Shown piece by piece: positions 39,763 through 49,865 of a DNA stretch of 64,000 nucleotides. Position numbers and translations under genes: made by a program. The notes below the pieces were generated by a model that was not told the DNA's origin, did not search any database, and was given only the letters and a program-made list of their open reading frames with translations. The DNA is from Escherichia phage 236Ecol005PP, in sequence record PP434423.1. The stretch is one strand, 5' to 3'. Within the stretch, counting starts at the first letter, position 1. Each line of letters opens with the position of its first letter.

Positions 39763-40060
39763 TTAGTCTTCTATGATATCTCTATCATATCCAAGTGAAA
39801 TGAGAGTTTCTTTGAAGTGTTTAATGTTCTTTTGTCTAGAATCATTGATGAAAATGACTGGATAACGAATGTTAAGAGATGTGAATCCAGCTCGTTTAGC
39901 AAGAGATACAATCAGTGGGCGATCATACTCAATCTTACCATTATTTGTAAGAACTTTATAGAAAGTAAAAGGAGCATTGAGCTCCTTTAGAAGTTTTGTA
40001 ACTGATTGACATCCAGGACAACGACCTACTTCATCTGGAATTCCATAGACTTCAATCTTA
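39763..40060 (-). CDS. nrdH: glutaredoxin-like NrdH redoxin (start codon uncertain)
   Basis: CPGC redox motif in KIEVYGIPDEVGRCPGCQ context; no obvious ATG right before the fold. Confidence 0.5.
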
Positions 40061-40369
40061 TTCTTTAAGTTCGAGTTTTGTTCCACGAGAAATAATTCCT
40101 TGATAAGCCCAGTATGGCGGGTTAACAGAATCATCGCCAGAATTTTCTTCAGGAAAATAAACCTGGATAACAAATCCAGATGCATCAAAGGTAAAATAAA
40201 CCGTAGGTAATTCACCTAACAATTCAGCACGGTTATTAATTTCTTCAAGTTCTCGTTCTCGTCCAGCCCAAAAACTAGGATTTAGACTACATTCATAGAA
40301 ATAATAGTCATTACCGAACATATCAAAACCCTTCCAACTCTCTACCACGTACCGCTCAAAACTAATCAT
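40058..40369 (-). CDS. hypothetical protein
   Basis: 103-aa ORF. Confidence 0.4.
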   Translation of the reverse strand: MISFERYVVESWKGFDMFGNDYYFYECSLNPSFWAGRERELEEINNRAELLGELPTVYFTFDASGFVIQVYFPEENSGDDSVNPPYWAYQGIISRGTKLELKE

Positions 40370-40371
40370 AA

Positions 40372-40587
40372 TTAAGCCTTTTTATCAAGAACAGCATTCA
40401 GTTTGTTAGTAATTTTATCCAGACGCTCATTAAACTCGCTAGAAGATAAGCCTTTTTCTGGAGAAATTAAGCTAATCACGAAAAATATAGCAATAAAAGG
40501 AATAAGGAAAATAGCTCCAACTGCCATAAACAAAAAGAATGTTACGGTTGTAAGAAAATCAGCTAAACCTTTACGAAATTTATACAT
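40372..40587 (-). CDS. small membrane protein
   Basis: 71 aa from ATG at 40587; one strongly hydrophobic segment. Confidence 0.45.
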   Translation of the reverse strand: MYKFRKGLADFLTTVTFFLFMAVGAIFLIPFIAIFFVISLISPEKGLSSSEFNERLDKITNKLNAVLDKKA

Positions 40588-40701
40588 ATTTACCCTTAAT
40601 TGATTAACCAAGCATTGATAAGCACTAAACTATACTGCGAATAAAATTCTGGACCAAAATGAAAAATCATATCATTTATAGTGTCCATAATATAATTCAA
40701 T

Positions 40702-41172
40702 TTAATCATGTTTCCACACCCCATCGGTATTTGACCAAAGTCGCTGATTATCTGAACCTCGCCACAGCTTTTTGGTCGGAAGATTTTTCTCATACTTCCC
40801 ATCAATAATAACATCAACATATTTAAGCATTTCTAGTTGTTTAATATCTTCAAACTTATATCCTGTCCACAACCAAATGCTTTTATTCGGATAAAGATTT
40901 TTTACTGTTTGAACAATGCAATGAACAACATCTCGGTTATCAGGATAAAGAGGGTCACCTCCAGTTATAGTTAATCCTTCTATATAATCATTATTCAAAC
41001 ATTCAATTAATTGTTCTAGTGTTTCACCAGTGAATGGAACGCCATTTCTAGCATTCCAAGTACTACGATTATAACAACCTTCACATTTATGCAAACAACC
41101 TGTAACGAAAAGAACGACCCTGCATCCAGGGCCATTCACAAAATCGCAAGGATAAAATCTATCATAATTCAT
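40702..41172 (-). CDS. nrdG: anaerobic ribonucleotide reductase activating protein (radical SAM)
   Basis: 156 aa; CLHKCEGC radical-SAM cysteine cluster. Confidence 0.9.
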   Translation of the reverse strand: MNYDRFYPCDFVNGPGCRVVLFVTGCLHKCEGCYNRSTWNARNGVPFTGETLEQLIECLNNDYIEGLTITGGDPLYPDNRDVVHCIVQTVKNLYPNKSIWLWTGYKFEDIKQLEMLKYVDVIIDGKYEKNLPTKKLWRGSDNQRLWSNTDGVWKHD

Positions 41173-42448
41173 TGGTGTTTAACCCTATGCATGATTTCTT
41201 TATTTTTGCCGAGATTAAATCCACGTTCGTTCGGATTTCCCAAATAACCACAAGTTCTTCTTATTGTGTTCATCTTTTTAGGATCAGTTTCTCCACAAAT
41301 AGAACAAACAAATCCGTTTTCAGTAGGAGTCATTTCATGAGTGCTTCCACACGTAAAACATTTATCTACTGGCATGTTAACACCAAAATAATCTAAATGT
41401 TGTGCAGCATAATCCCATACAGCCTCAAGACCTTTTAGGTTATTTTTCATATCAGGAAGTTCAACATAAGAAATGTGACCGCCTGTTGCAATGAAATGAT
41501 ACGGGGCTTCGCGAGAAATCTTTTCAAACGGAGTAATATTTTCTTCTACTGAAACGTGGAAACTGTTAGTGTACCAGCCTTTATCAGTAACATCCTTTAC
41601 ACTTCCATATTTTTCTGTATCAAGTTTACAGAAGCGATAGCAAAGGTTTTCAGCAGGAGTAGAATACAAGCTAAAAGCAAAACCGGTTCTTTCAGTCCAC
41701 TGCTTAAGACGAGCATTCATTTTAGTTAAAATTTCCTGTCCAATATCACGACCGACAAGAATATTCAATTCGTGAATACCAATGTATCCTAGGGACACTG
41801 AACTTCTACCGTTTTTAAATAACTCAATTATGTCGTCATCAGGTTTAAGACGAACCCCGAATGCACCTTCTTGGTAAAGAATAGGAGCAACAGTCGCTTT
41901 AACTCCTTTTAAGGAACTAATTCTACACATCAATGCTTCAAAACACAAATCCATTCGTTCATTGAACAATTCGGCAAATTTCTGTTCATTGAACTGTGTT
42001 CCAATATAAGAATCTAATGCAATACGAGGAAGATTCAGTGTTACAACACCAAGATTATTACGTCCATCAAGAATTTCATTACCAGTCGAATCTTTCCATA
42101 CGCCCAAGAAACTACGGCAACCCATTGGAGAAACAGGAATAGATGAACCAGTGATAGCTTTATTGTTCTTAGCTGAAATAATATCAGGATACATTCTTTT
42201 ACTTGCACACTCTAGAGCAAGCTGCTTAATATCATAGTTCGGATCGTCTTTATAAAGATTAACACCTTCTTCAACGAACATAACAAGTTTAGGGAAAATA
42301 GGAGTTATCCCATCACGACCAAGACCTTTAATACGATTTTTCAGAATTGCTTTCTGAATCATTCGTTCAGTCCAGTCAGTTCCCGTACCAAATGTAATTG
42401 TTACAAAAGGCGTTTGTCCGTTAGAGCTGAAAAGTGTATTTACTTCAT
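41169..42448 (-). CDS. nrdD: anaerobic ribonucleotide reductase NrdD, exon 2 (boundary approximate)
   Basis: glycyl-radical enzyme C-terminal region with C-terminal Cys cluster; 3' splice site placed after a G at 42449 so exon1+exon2 = 605 aa. Confidence 0.65.
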
Positions 42449-42474
42449 CATTATATTCAGCATGAGTCGCAAAT

Positions 42475-43246
42475 TCATGCCCGTTTATATGAAACAACAA
42501 AATTTGGATAGTCCATAGATATGCAACGTTCTTTTATAGTGCTAGGATGAAAATTTAGCGCTTTAGCTGCTTCTATATAAGACGTATACTTAATACCGTC
42601 AACAACCACATATTCAGGAACTTTATGAATAGTAGCCTTAATACTCAAAACAAGAGGATGAGTTTCGACTTCACTTTCAGTGCAATTTAAATATTCCGCT
42701 GCTTTTTTAAAACTTCTAAAAGTTTTATTTTTAAGCTTTATCGATACTTGTTTTTTACTTTTTCGACTATTGATATTATTTTGCACATGTTCCTTAGATC
42801 TTCCGTTTTTAGCATAATATTCAGCTACAGAAGATTTTATATTGTTTTTATGAGATTCGGATAACACTTTACCCTTATGAGCATCTCTTAATTTTTGAAT
42901 ATGTTCCTTCAGTATCCGGATGCTTATAAAACTTTTTACCGCCTATGGATTTATTTAAACATTTTTTGCTATAAAAATATTTACGTATGACCTCTTCTTC
43001 ATGTTTTAATGCATCTTTATAACTATCAAATGTTTTTAAAATTATCCATTTAGTAGGTGTATCAGTTTTTAAGCGTTCATTTATATACTTAGATGACGTT
43101 GTGTAAGTTTTCCAGTTTGTGGGCTTGTTTTTAATTGTTCTAAATTTTTTATAACCGATATAAATGTCGCCATTAGAAAACTTAACTAAGTATGTAAATG
43201 CGTCTTTATCTTTTATTTTAGTACAACGTCTTTTTATCCATTTCAT
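42475..43246 (-). pseudogene. intron-encoded GIY-YIG homing endonuclease (I-TevII-like), apparent frameshift near 42925-42935
   Basis: N-terminal GIY-YIG ORF (123 aa) and C-terminal ORF in adjacent frame; joined length about 257 aa; shift at GGTAAAAAGTTTT run. Confidence 0.55.
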
Positions 43247-43275
43247 TGTTTCACCTCGTATTCATAAGATAATCT

Positions 43276-43283
43276 TATTTATA
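43276..43283 (-). promoter_or_regulatory. late promoter TATAAATA inside intron, upstream of endonuclease ORF
   Basis: plus tatttata about 30 nt upstream of ORF ATG at 43246. Confidence 0.5.
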
Positions 43284-43494
43284 CAAGATGACTGCTGCAT
43301 GTCGCCATGCAGATTAGACTATATCTTCATCTTTCGATGCCGGCCGTTTCGAATAGCATTAGCTTCTATTCTACACCGCTACATTCATCACGGTTAGTCG
43401 TTAGGCATTTAGTTCAAAAGAACATTTAGCACGGGATTGTCTACTAGAGAGGTTCCCCGTTTAGACCGGTTTTACATGAGCCTGAATTAAATTA

Positions 43495-44032
43495 ACTCAT
43501 ACGCCTGGAATGCATCGTATACATCTTTTTCTGTTTTAGATTGGGCATAATTCAATGCATCTGCGATTTGCCATTTTTCCGCGTCCTCAATATGTTTCGC
43601 ATAGGTGCGTTTAACATAAGGAGAAAGTACTTTATCTACATTCGCAAAAGTCGTTCCGCCATATTGATGAGAAGCAACCTGTGCAGTAATTTGTGCCATA
43701 ATTGCAGTAGCAACGCCGATTGATTTAGGGGTTTCAATCTGTGCATTACCGAGCTTAAATCCGTTCTCAAGCATTCCTTTTAAATCTACTAAACAACAAT
43801 TAGTAAATGGAAGAGCAGGGGAATAATCAATATCGTGGAAATGGATAATTCCGCTTTCATGCGCTTTCATAATAAAAGACGGGACCATATTTTTGGCAAT
43901 GTGTTTAGACACAATACCAGCCATAAGGTCCCGTTGAGTTGGAAAAACACGAGAATCTTTATTAGCATTCTCGTTTAAAAGGTCTTTATTAGTTTTATGA
44001 ATCAATCCTTCAATTTCTTTTTCAATTGTCAT
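43495..44032 (-). CDS. nrdD: anaerobic ribonucleotide reductase NrdD, exon 1 (boundary approximate)
   Basis: N-terminal 179 codons; in-frame stop lies just inside intron. Confidence 0.65.
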
Positions 44033-44502
44033 TTTAAACTCTTTCTAAGCTGCTTCTTAAATGAAGCTATTAATTGTGTTTTAGTGTCAGATTCATTATA
44101 TTCAAATCCTCTTTGAAGCATCTCAGCCATCATTTCCTCTTTTCCTAAACGAGAAAATTCCTTTGATTTATCTCCAACAAAGTTAGGGTGAATATTATTT
44201 TGGGTGTAATCGGATTTTAAATAAGTAAGTAAATTTTCTAACCATTCAAGATAATCAACACCTTGTCCCTTTAAGCCAGAACGATTGAATTTATGCTTCA
44301 TTTGACCTTCTGCAGCATTACAGAGATTACATAGCAACCCACGTACCTTTCCTGCTTTTGGTCCATTTAATTCATGGTCATGGTCAAGGTGATTAGCTTG
44401 AACATCAGGATTTAGTTCTCGTTGGCAAATTAAGCATTTACCGTTTTGTGCATTATAAAATTTTTGTTTTTCTTCTTTGTATAATTTGCCAGTCAATAAC
44501 AT
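44029..44502 (-). CDS. 49: endonuclease VII (Holliday junction resolvase)
   Basis: 157 aa; Cys/His zinc site (CLICQ ... HLDHDH ... CNLCN). Confidence 0.9.
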   Translation of the reverse strand: MLLTGKLYKEEKQKFYNAQNGKCLICQRELNPDVQANHLDHDHELNGPKAGKVRGLLCNLCNAAEGQMKHKFNRSGLKGQGVDYLEWLENLLTYLKSDYTQNNIHPNFVGDKSKEFSRLGKEEMMAEMLQRGFEYNESDTKTQLIASFKKQLRKSLK

Positions 44503-44544
44503 AATAAAACCCTTACCTTAAATAGATAAGGGTATTTATTATTT

Positions 44545-44721
44545 TCAAGTATTGTAAAACATTCGATGCAATCGCTTATATTGTCGAATCATCTTTTTAG
44601 TAGGACGAGAATAAGTTCCTACACAAGTAGTCATATTAGGGTCTGTAGAATTTCCTTTAATAAAAAGTTTCCAAACCTTACTACCATTTAGCTTTTCAGT
44701 ATAAATCAATTCAGTTTTCAT
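44545..44721 (-). CDS. small hypothetical protein (sub-threshold ORF)
   Basis: 58 aa MKTELIYTEKLNGSKVWKLF... Confidence 0.3.
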   Translation of the reverse strand: MKTELIYTEKLNGSKVWKLFIKGNSTDPNMTTCVGTYSRPTKKMIRQYKRLHRMFYNT

Positions 44722-45182
44722 TAAAATGCTCGGTCAGAAAAAGAAATTTGAGTTTCAAGCCATTCAATATATTCTGCCGCAGCTTGCATCAAATTTCCTT
44801 CATAACCATCGTTGTTTTCTTGTGCAGCTAATTTAGCTAATGCATATGAAATGCGTTCACCTTGAAAAGCGGCTTTAGGTTTATGAATAGCTTGAACTCG
44901 TTCTACGACTTCTTCAATTTCGCCATTTTCTACTGATTCAGTATTCCACAAGCACCAATACGTAATTGGCTTATCGTAAATGTTAATAATCTTTCCATCA
45001 GAAAGTTCAATTTCAATAATTCCAGTATCAGGTTCTATATCATCTTCACATTCTTTTACAAGTTCACGAACTTTAAAGACAGTACCTGCACTAAGTTCAG
45101 GCCAGTAATTACACAGCCCTTTATCAGCACGATTAATTCTAAACCACTTATCTACTGTAATCATGTCCCATCTCCATATCAA
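44721..45182 (-). CDS. hypothetical protein
   Basis: 153-aa ORF. Confidence 0.45.
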   Translation of the reverse strand: MIWRWDMITVDKWFRINRADKGLCNYWPELSAGTVFKVRELVKECEDDIEPDTGIIEIELSDGKIINIYDKPITYWCLWNTESVENGEIEEVVERVQAIHKPKAAFQGERISYALAKLAAQENNDGYEGNLMQAAAEYIEWLETQISFSDRAF

Positions 45183-45287
45183 TTATGTCATTTATTGTAG
45201 GTTCATTATATACTGTTTCTTCATCAGTGTAAACCGGTTCTTCCGGCTCTGGCTCTACTGTTTCCCATCTAGCCGCCCACCAGGGTT

Positions 45288-45608
45288 TTATAGCGTAATC
45301 CATTCTCGTATTGTCTGAGTTACTACACGTTCACGGGGCTCGACTAATTCAACAGTCGGAACTGCATAATACCAGTCAGAATGGTAAGAACCTGAACGAG
45401 ATTCATTTACGGAAACATGTACGTTATGTTTTGGACTAAAATAAACACACTGCCGATATTGGCATTTGCCGTCTTGCACCCAGTCTTCTATTTCGACAGG
45501 TTTAAGATAATCGGAAAAATCGAAATCATAGTTTTCTGAAAATGCATCATGGTCTTCGATGATTTCACTCAGAACTGCATCAACATCTAATTTATTTTCA
45601 ATAGTCAT
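45288..45608 (-). CDS. hypothetical protein
   Basis: 106-aa ORF. Confidence 0.45.
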   Translation of the reverse strand: MTIENKLDVDAVLSEIIEDHDAFSENYDFDFSDYLKPVEIEDWVQDGKCQYRQCVYFSPKHNVHVSVNESRSGSYHSDWYYAVPTVELVEPRERVVTQTIREWITL

Positions 45609-45618
45609 TTGTCACCAC

Positions 45619-45789
45619 TTAATTTCGCAATTTATTAAGTTCTTCATAATCAATCCAGGATTCTAATCCTGATGGCAAATCAGATTCAATTTCCCAAAGA
45701 AGCTCTTCAATTTTCTGAAGACGATCTAATTCTTCAGCTGGAATAGTAACCATTGACGGAGTTCTTGATACACTAATATCATAAATCAT
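45619..45789 (-). CDS. small hypothetical protein (sub-threshold ORF)
   Basis: 56 aa MIYDISVSRTPSMVTIPAEELDRLQ... Confidence 0.3.
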   Translation of the reverse strand: MIYDISVSRTPSMVTIPAEELDRLQKIEELLWEIESDLPSGLESWIDYEELNKLRN

Positions 45790-45791
45790 AT

Positions 45792-46007
45792 TTACCCCAG
45801 TTTAACCATGCAATCGCCATATTTCCATTTAGAAATAGACTTTTCACCGTTAGAATAATAAACTTCGAGTTTAGCGCGGCCATTTTTAATTTGAATAACC
45901 TTTGCTGTCATCAAAGTTCCATACCCGTAATAAACTGCAACCTCATCACCTACATATACCGCGCTTCCGCGGTAGTCATGGATATAATCAGTTCCTTCAA
46001 GCATCAT
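45792..46007 (-). CDS. hypothetical protein
   Basis: 71-aa ORF. Confidence 0.45.
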   Translation of the reverse strand: MMLEGTDYIHDYRGSAVYVGDEVAVYYGYGTLMTAKVIQIKNGRAKLEVYYSNGEKSISKWKYGDCMVKLG

Positions 46008-46267
46008 TTAAAGTATTCCCGCAATTGGTCAAATCCACCAATATGACTTCCATCAGGAGCAAATACCTGAGGCATCGTCAATCCGGTTTGAGTATCACGA
46101 CCTAGTTTAGTCAGAAGCTCAGCGATTTTCTCATCATCAAAAACACCTTTTTCCGGCATAATATTGATAAATTCAAACGGATGTTTTTTCACAGTCAAGA
46201 GACGTTTTGCATTATCGCAATACACACATTTATGGATGTTGCTATCATAACCATATACTTTAAACAT
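46004..46267 (-). CDS. nrdC: glutaredoxin (T4 thioredoxin)
   Basis: 87 aa MFKVYGYDSNIHKCVYCDNAKRLL... with CVYC active site; matches recalled T4 NrdC. Confidence 0.9.
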   Translation of the reverse strand: MFKVYGYDSNIHKCVYCDNAKRLLTVKKHPFEFINIMPEKGVFDDEKIAELLTKLGRDTQTGLTMPQVFAPDGSHIGGFDQLREYFK

Positions 46268-46268
46268 A

Positions 46269-46511
46269 TTATTCCTTAATTCCTAGTACTTGTTTAAAAG
46301 TCTCGTCGTAATCAAGACTTTGACCTGTTTGTTCTTTATGTTTGTATATAATATCACTTACTTCTGATAGCATATTTTTATATGAACGAGTTAAAGCAGA
46401 TTTAAGCACGCTATATCTATCAGGAAATTTACCGTGTTCATTATAATACGCTATTGCTAATTCACGGACTGCCTTTTCAGCAGTCTCCATATATTCTTTA
46501 CGCTTGGTCAT
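46269..46511 (-). CDS. hypothetical protein
   Basis: ORF from internal ATG ([13 protein letters not shown]...). Confidence 0.4.
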
Positions 46512-46794
46512 TTTCTTCTCGGTTAAATCGGTGTTTGCAATGACGGCATTTATAACGAAGATTACTAGTCTGCCAATGGACCAATTGAACCTGTTCAGTA
46601 CCGCATTCAGGACAATTAGGAACGTTTTTAGAAGCCCTTTCGCGACGTTCAACCATAGCCATAATAGCATCCCAAGCAGGAGGTTTAAAGTCTAGATCGT
46701 CAGTAACTAGCAGTCCTTTATCAAACCCAGCGCATGGAGTCCATTCAGGAAAATCTGAAGCTTCGGCAATATCTTCTAATAAACGCTTTTTCAT
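46498..46794 (-). CDS. hypothetical zinc-finger-like protein
   Basis: 98 aa; CPECG ... CRHCKH. Confidence 0.45.
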
Positions 46795-47717
46795 TTCAGC
46801 ACCTCAATAGCATCACGTAAACCATTTGCTTTGGCGGTTAAAGCCTTAATAACTTTAGTATGCTCTTCAATCTGTTTTTCAACTTCAATCAAACGGGCAC
46901 TGAGATATTCGCGTTCTTCTTTCATAGTATCATTTCCATGATTAGGCTTTGGCGTAGGTTTAAATTTACTAGGGTCCTTTAACTTAATAACAACTTTAGT
47001 TTCAAACAGTGAAAGACCATAATTCGTATTATCATCAAAGGATTCAACTACGTCCATTTTAGACAATAACGTACGAAGATTATAAGTCAAAGAGCGAATC
47101 GTTTTATTATGTTTATTAGCTTCACGCGGTTTCATATATGGAAGATTTTTATATATTTCGTGTGGAGCACAAACAATAATTGACAATTCAAATGGTCCAT
47201 TCTGTGATGATGGAACGAATTTAGCCGTAACCCAATCTTTTACATTTACATTAATAGTACGGTCATCGCCATGACAAAACAGTCTACGAGAATGCTTAAA
47301 AAGCATATTCACATTATTATTAAATTCATGTGAAAACTCACTAGCAAATTTTTCTTTACTATTTTTAGAAAACCATTCTTCTAAATAAGTTCTTTTCACG
47401 TCATTAATAATATTAAATGTAACAACATTAGCATTTGATACATTAGTCTCAATGTAGCTTGGATACATAAATTTTTTAACATTATTAACAGCTATCACAG
47501 AAGATAGTAATCGAGAACGTTTGAACCACTCTAGCAAAGAACCAAGAGAATGTGAATACGCATTTTGTGTATCTTTACAAATATGGTTTTCCCATCCAAT
47601 ATAGTCTAAAAAATCACGAAGAATATTATTGATTACTGCTCTATGTCCTATCTGATAATTACGATGTTTAGTAATAAGACTGTCAAAATAATCAATATAA
47701 TGTTTACGAGTTTTCAT
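46791..47717 (-). CDS. hypothetical protein with C-terminal coiled coil (paralog family member A)
   Basis: 308-aa ORF. Confidence 0.5.
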   Translation of the reverse strand: MKTRKHYIDYFDSLITKHRNYQIGHRAVINNILRDFLDYIGWENHICKDTQNAYSHSLGSLLEWFKRSRLLSSVIAVNNVKKFMYPSYIETNVSNANVVTFNIINDVKRTYLEEWFSKNSKEKFASEFSHEFNNNVNMLFKHSRRLFCHGDDRTINVNVKDWVTAKFVPSSQNGPFELSIIVCAPHEIYKNLPYMKPREANKHNKTIRSLTYNLRTLLSKMDVVESFDDNTNYGLSLFETKVVIKLKDPSKFKPTPKPNHGNDTMKEEREYLSARLIEVEKQIEEHTKVIKALTAKANGLRDAIEVLK

Positions 47718-47769
47718 GTTCTTCTCACTTGGTTAATGATTTATACTCCGAGCCATCCTTGGCTTTAAA

Positions 47770-48771
47770 TTACTTAATTAACTGTAAAGCTTGTTCAAGA
47801 CGATCCAGACGATTAACAGATTCTTCCCAAATCCTTTTAGCCTGCTCATATTCTTTCTGTGCTTTATTAGAAATTTCTAGAGCTTCTTTATAAGCTTTTT
47901 CTAATGCAATAACTTCTGGACGAATTTCTACCGGTTCAGGCGAATCATCAAGATTATCCATTAGTTCCTCAAGTGTAGTTTCTTCTTTAGGAGTATTCAC
48001 AATTTCATCACATTTTTGTTGGTAAATTTCTTTATCAGTCGGTGAATAAGCACATTTCACTTCACGAAGACTAACTACAATTTTATATCCTTCCCAACCG
48101 CATATATTCTTAAAAGGATACGTATGAATATTTTCTACTGTTTCCATACAAAGTAATGCGGTTTCTAATTGACGAGTTATAGTGCTAGCAATTGAGAAAA
48201 ATTTATTAATGTTCTTTTGGCTAGTTTCTGGTGTAAAAAATCCATAATTCACAAAAATAGATACTTTATTTTTATCAAGTTCATATTCTTTTATGATAAT
48301 CATATCAGAAGCCAAAGGATGAATTTGACGATAATCACCATAGCATAATTTAGAAGCTGATTTTAGAATTTGCTTTTTGAAAAGTCTGAAATTACTAATC
48401 CAACGACGAGTAAAAATATTCTCAGGGTCTTCTTTATTATTAAGATGATAAGAATTAACATCACCGAACCAATTATATCCTACTACATCTTTGGTTCGTT
48501 TAATTTCTTTCCCAAAATTACCAAGAATATCCCGATTAACCAAATATGAAAGAAGACGAGACTCTTTAAAGGTTTTCTTGATAACATCTTTATCTACACG
48601 ACTAGAAATTTTACGAATTTCATGAATAAATTTAGTAGAAGAAACAATACCTGCATCAACACTATTGAGCCATTGATTGATAATAGAAATAACGCTATTT
48701 TGACCAAACATCGGTATAGCTTTATCATCAATAACACTATTGAATGATTTGATATATTCGTTACGAGTCAT
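47770..48771 (-). CDS. hypothetical protein with C-terminal coiled coil (paralog family member B)
   Basis: ATG at 48771 (MTRNEYIKSF) with GAGGAG SD, downstream of early promoter. Confidence 0.5.
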   Translation of the reverse strand: MTRNEYIKSFNSVIDDKAIPMFGQNSVISIINQWLNSVDAGIVSSTKFIHEIRKISSRVDKDVIKKTFKESRLLSYLVNRDILGNFGKEIKRTKDVVGYNWFGDVNSYHLNNKEDPENIFTRRWISNFRLFKKQILKSASKLCYGDYRQIHPLASDMIIIKEYELDKNKVSIFVNYGFFTPETSQKNINKFFSIASTITRQLETALLCMETVENIHTYPFKNICGWEGYKIVVSLREVKCAYSPTDKEIYQQKCDEIVNTPKEETTLEELMDNLDDSPEPVEIRPEVIALEKAYKEALEISNKAQKEYEQAKRIWEESVNRLDRLEQALQLIK

Positions 48772-48796
48772 ATTAATCTCCTCAGTAGAAAGTAAG

Positions 48797-48832
48797 AACA
48801 TTATACCACATCCTTGTGGCAAAGTAAACTAG
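48797..48832 (-). promoter_or_regulatory. T4-type early promoter, near-identical to the one at 2415-2450
   Basis: plus gtaaac 48824-48829, attata 48800-48805; palindromic spacer ccacaaggatgtgg. Confidence 0.55.
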
Positions 48833-49857
48833 TTCAGTGCATTTAGTGCATTGTTCAGTTTAGAACGTTGCTTTGTCAGATTTTGAACCCTTGACTGAGC
48901 TTGTTCTAGCATCTTTTCAGCTTCTAGCACTTCATTAGTTGCTTTAACGAGTTCATCATCTACTGCCTTAAGAGACTTCTCAATCGCATCAGCATGCCAT
49001 TTTTCAACAGGTTTAAGACTCGGATTTTCAGTAGGAAGAAAACTCACTTTATTAAGTTTACATGCATCTATATTGCTTGAGCTATACATCCAAAATTTAG
49101 GATCGTTTGATGAGTAATTGGATAAATTTAAATTTAAGTTATCTTGCACTTCCTGCTTTTTCTCTTGCGTGACTTCGTCCTTTCTCAAAAAATCGTATTT
49201 AAATGAAACGATCATATCAAGTTCATATGTTGTTGTGTCTAATTTAAATCGTTCGAAATGTTGTGAAATCTTAGACTGAACAGCGGCAACAACATCCATA
49301 TACTTAAATGCTTCTGTCAACTGCGATTTAAGGCATTCGCAAATTGAAAGAGAATTTTTTGTATTAGGTTTAAAGCTAATTCGTGCAGTTCTGTTATTTT
49401 CTTTTAATGGTCTTACTTCCATCTGAAGAGTATAACCATCAAATTTCAAGTTCTTTAAGTTAATATCAGAACCTTTTAATCGACTCGCAGTTGATAAAAT
49501 TTGCTTTAATTGTCTACGGAACAGAGCAATAAATCTCCATTCAATACGATAATGATTTGGATTGAAAAATCCAGATGATAAATCGACCTTACTTTGACCA
49601 ACGCCTTGAACAAATAGAGGATTTTTATAATCAATAGTTTTACAGAAATCGGTGAGCTGCTCACGAGCCGTCATTTGTGTAATATACCCTGCTTTATTAA
49701 AATTACGCACCCATTCACTGCTATTCGTATACTTAAAGTGATGAATAACACGATTAACTTTATCAGGGTCTAAATTATTTTCACACAAAAATGTCATAAC
49801 ATCACGAGTATAACTGGCATTACGAACCATATCTTCAATTTGAGAACGAGTTTTCAT
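48829..49857 (-). CDS. hypothetical protein with C-terminal coiled coil (paralog family member C)
   Basis: 342-aa ORF. Confidence 0.5.
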   Translation of the reverse strand: MKTRSQIEDMVRNASYTRDVMTFLCENNLDPDKVNRVIHHFKYTNSSEWVRNFNKAGYITQMTAREQLTDFCKTIDYKNPLFVQGVGQSKVDLSSGFFNPNHYRIEWRFIALFRRQLKQILSTASRLKGSDINLKNLKFDGYTLQMEVRPLKENNRTARISFKPNTKNSLSICECLKSQLTEAFKYMDVVAAVQSKISQHFERFKLDTTTYELDMIVSFKYDFLRKDEVTQEKKQEVQDNLNLNLSNYSSNDPKFWMYSSSNIDACKLNKVSFLPTENPSLKPVEKWHADAIEKSLKAVDDELVKATNEVLEAEKMLEQAQSRVQNLTKQRSKLNNALNALN

Positions 49858-49865
49858 GGTGTTCC

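Larger units (their letters stand above)
42449..43494 (-). other. group I intron in nrdD (sunY-type core plus endonuclease ORF)
   Basis: minus-strand core AAACGGGGAACCUCUCUAGUAGACAAUCCCGUGCUAAAU at 43400-43440 matches recalled sunY ribozyme core; P1 pairing AUGAGU/GCUCAU. Confidence 0.65.

Noticed and set aside
40596-40820. 74-aa minus-strand ORF overlapping the start of nrdG
   Set aside because: Overlaps the radical-SAM gene by 119 nt in another frame, and the membrane-protein ORF 40372-40587 already accounts for the downstream space.
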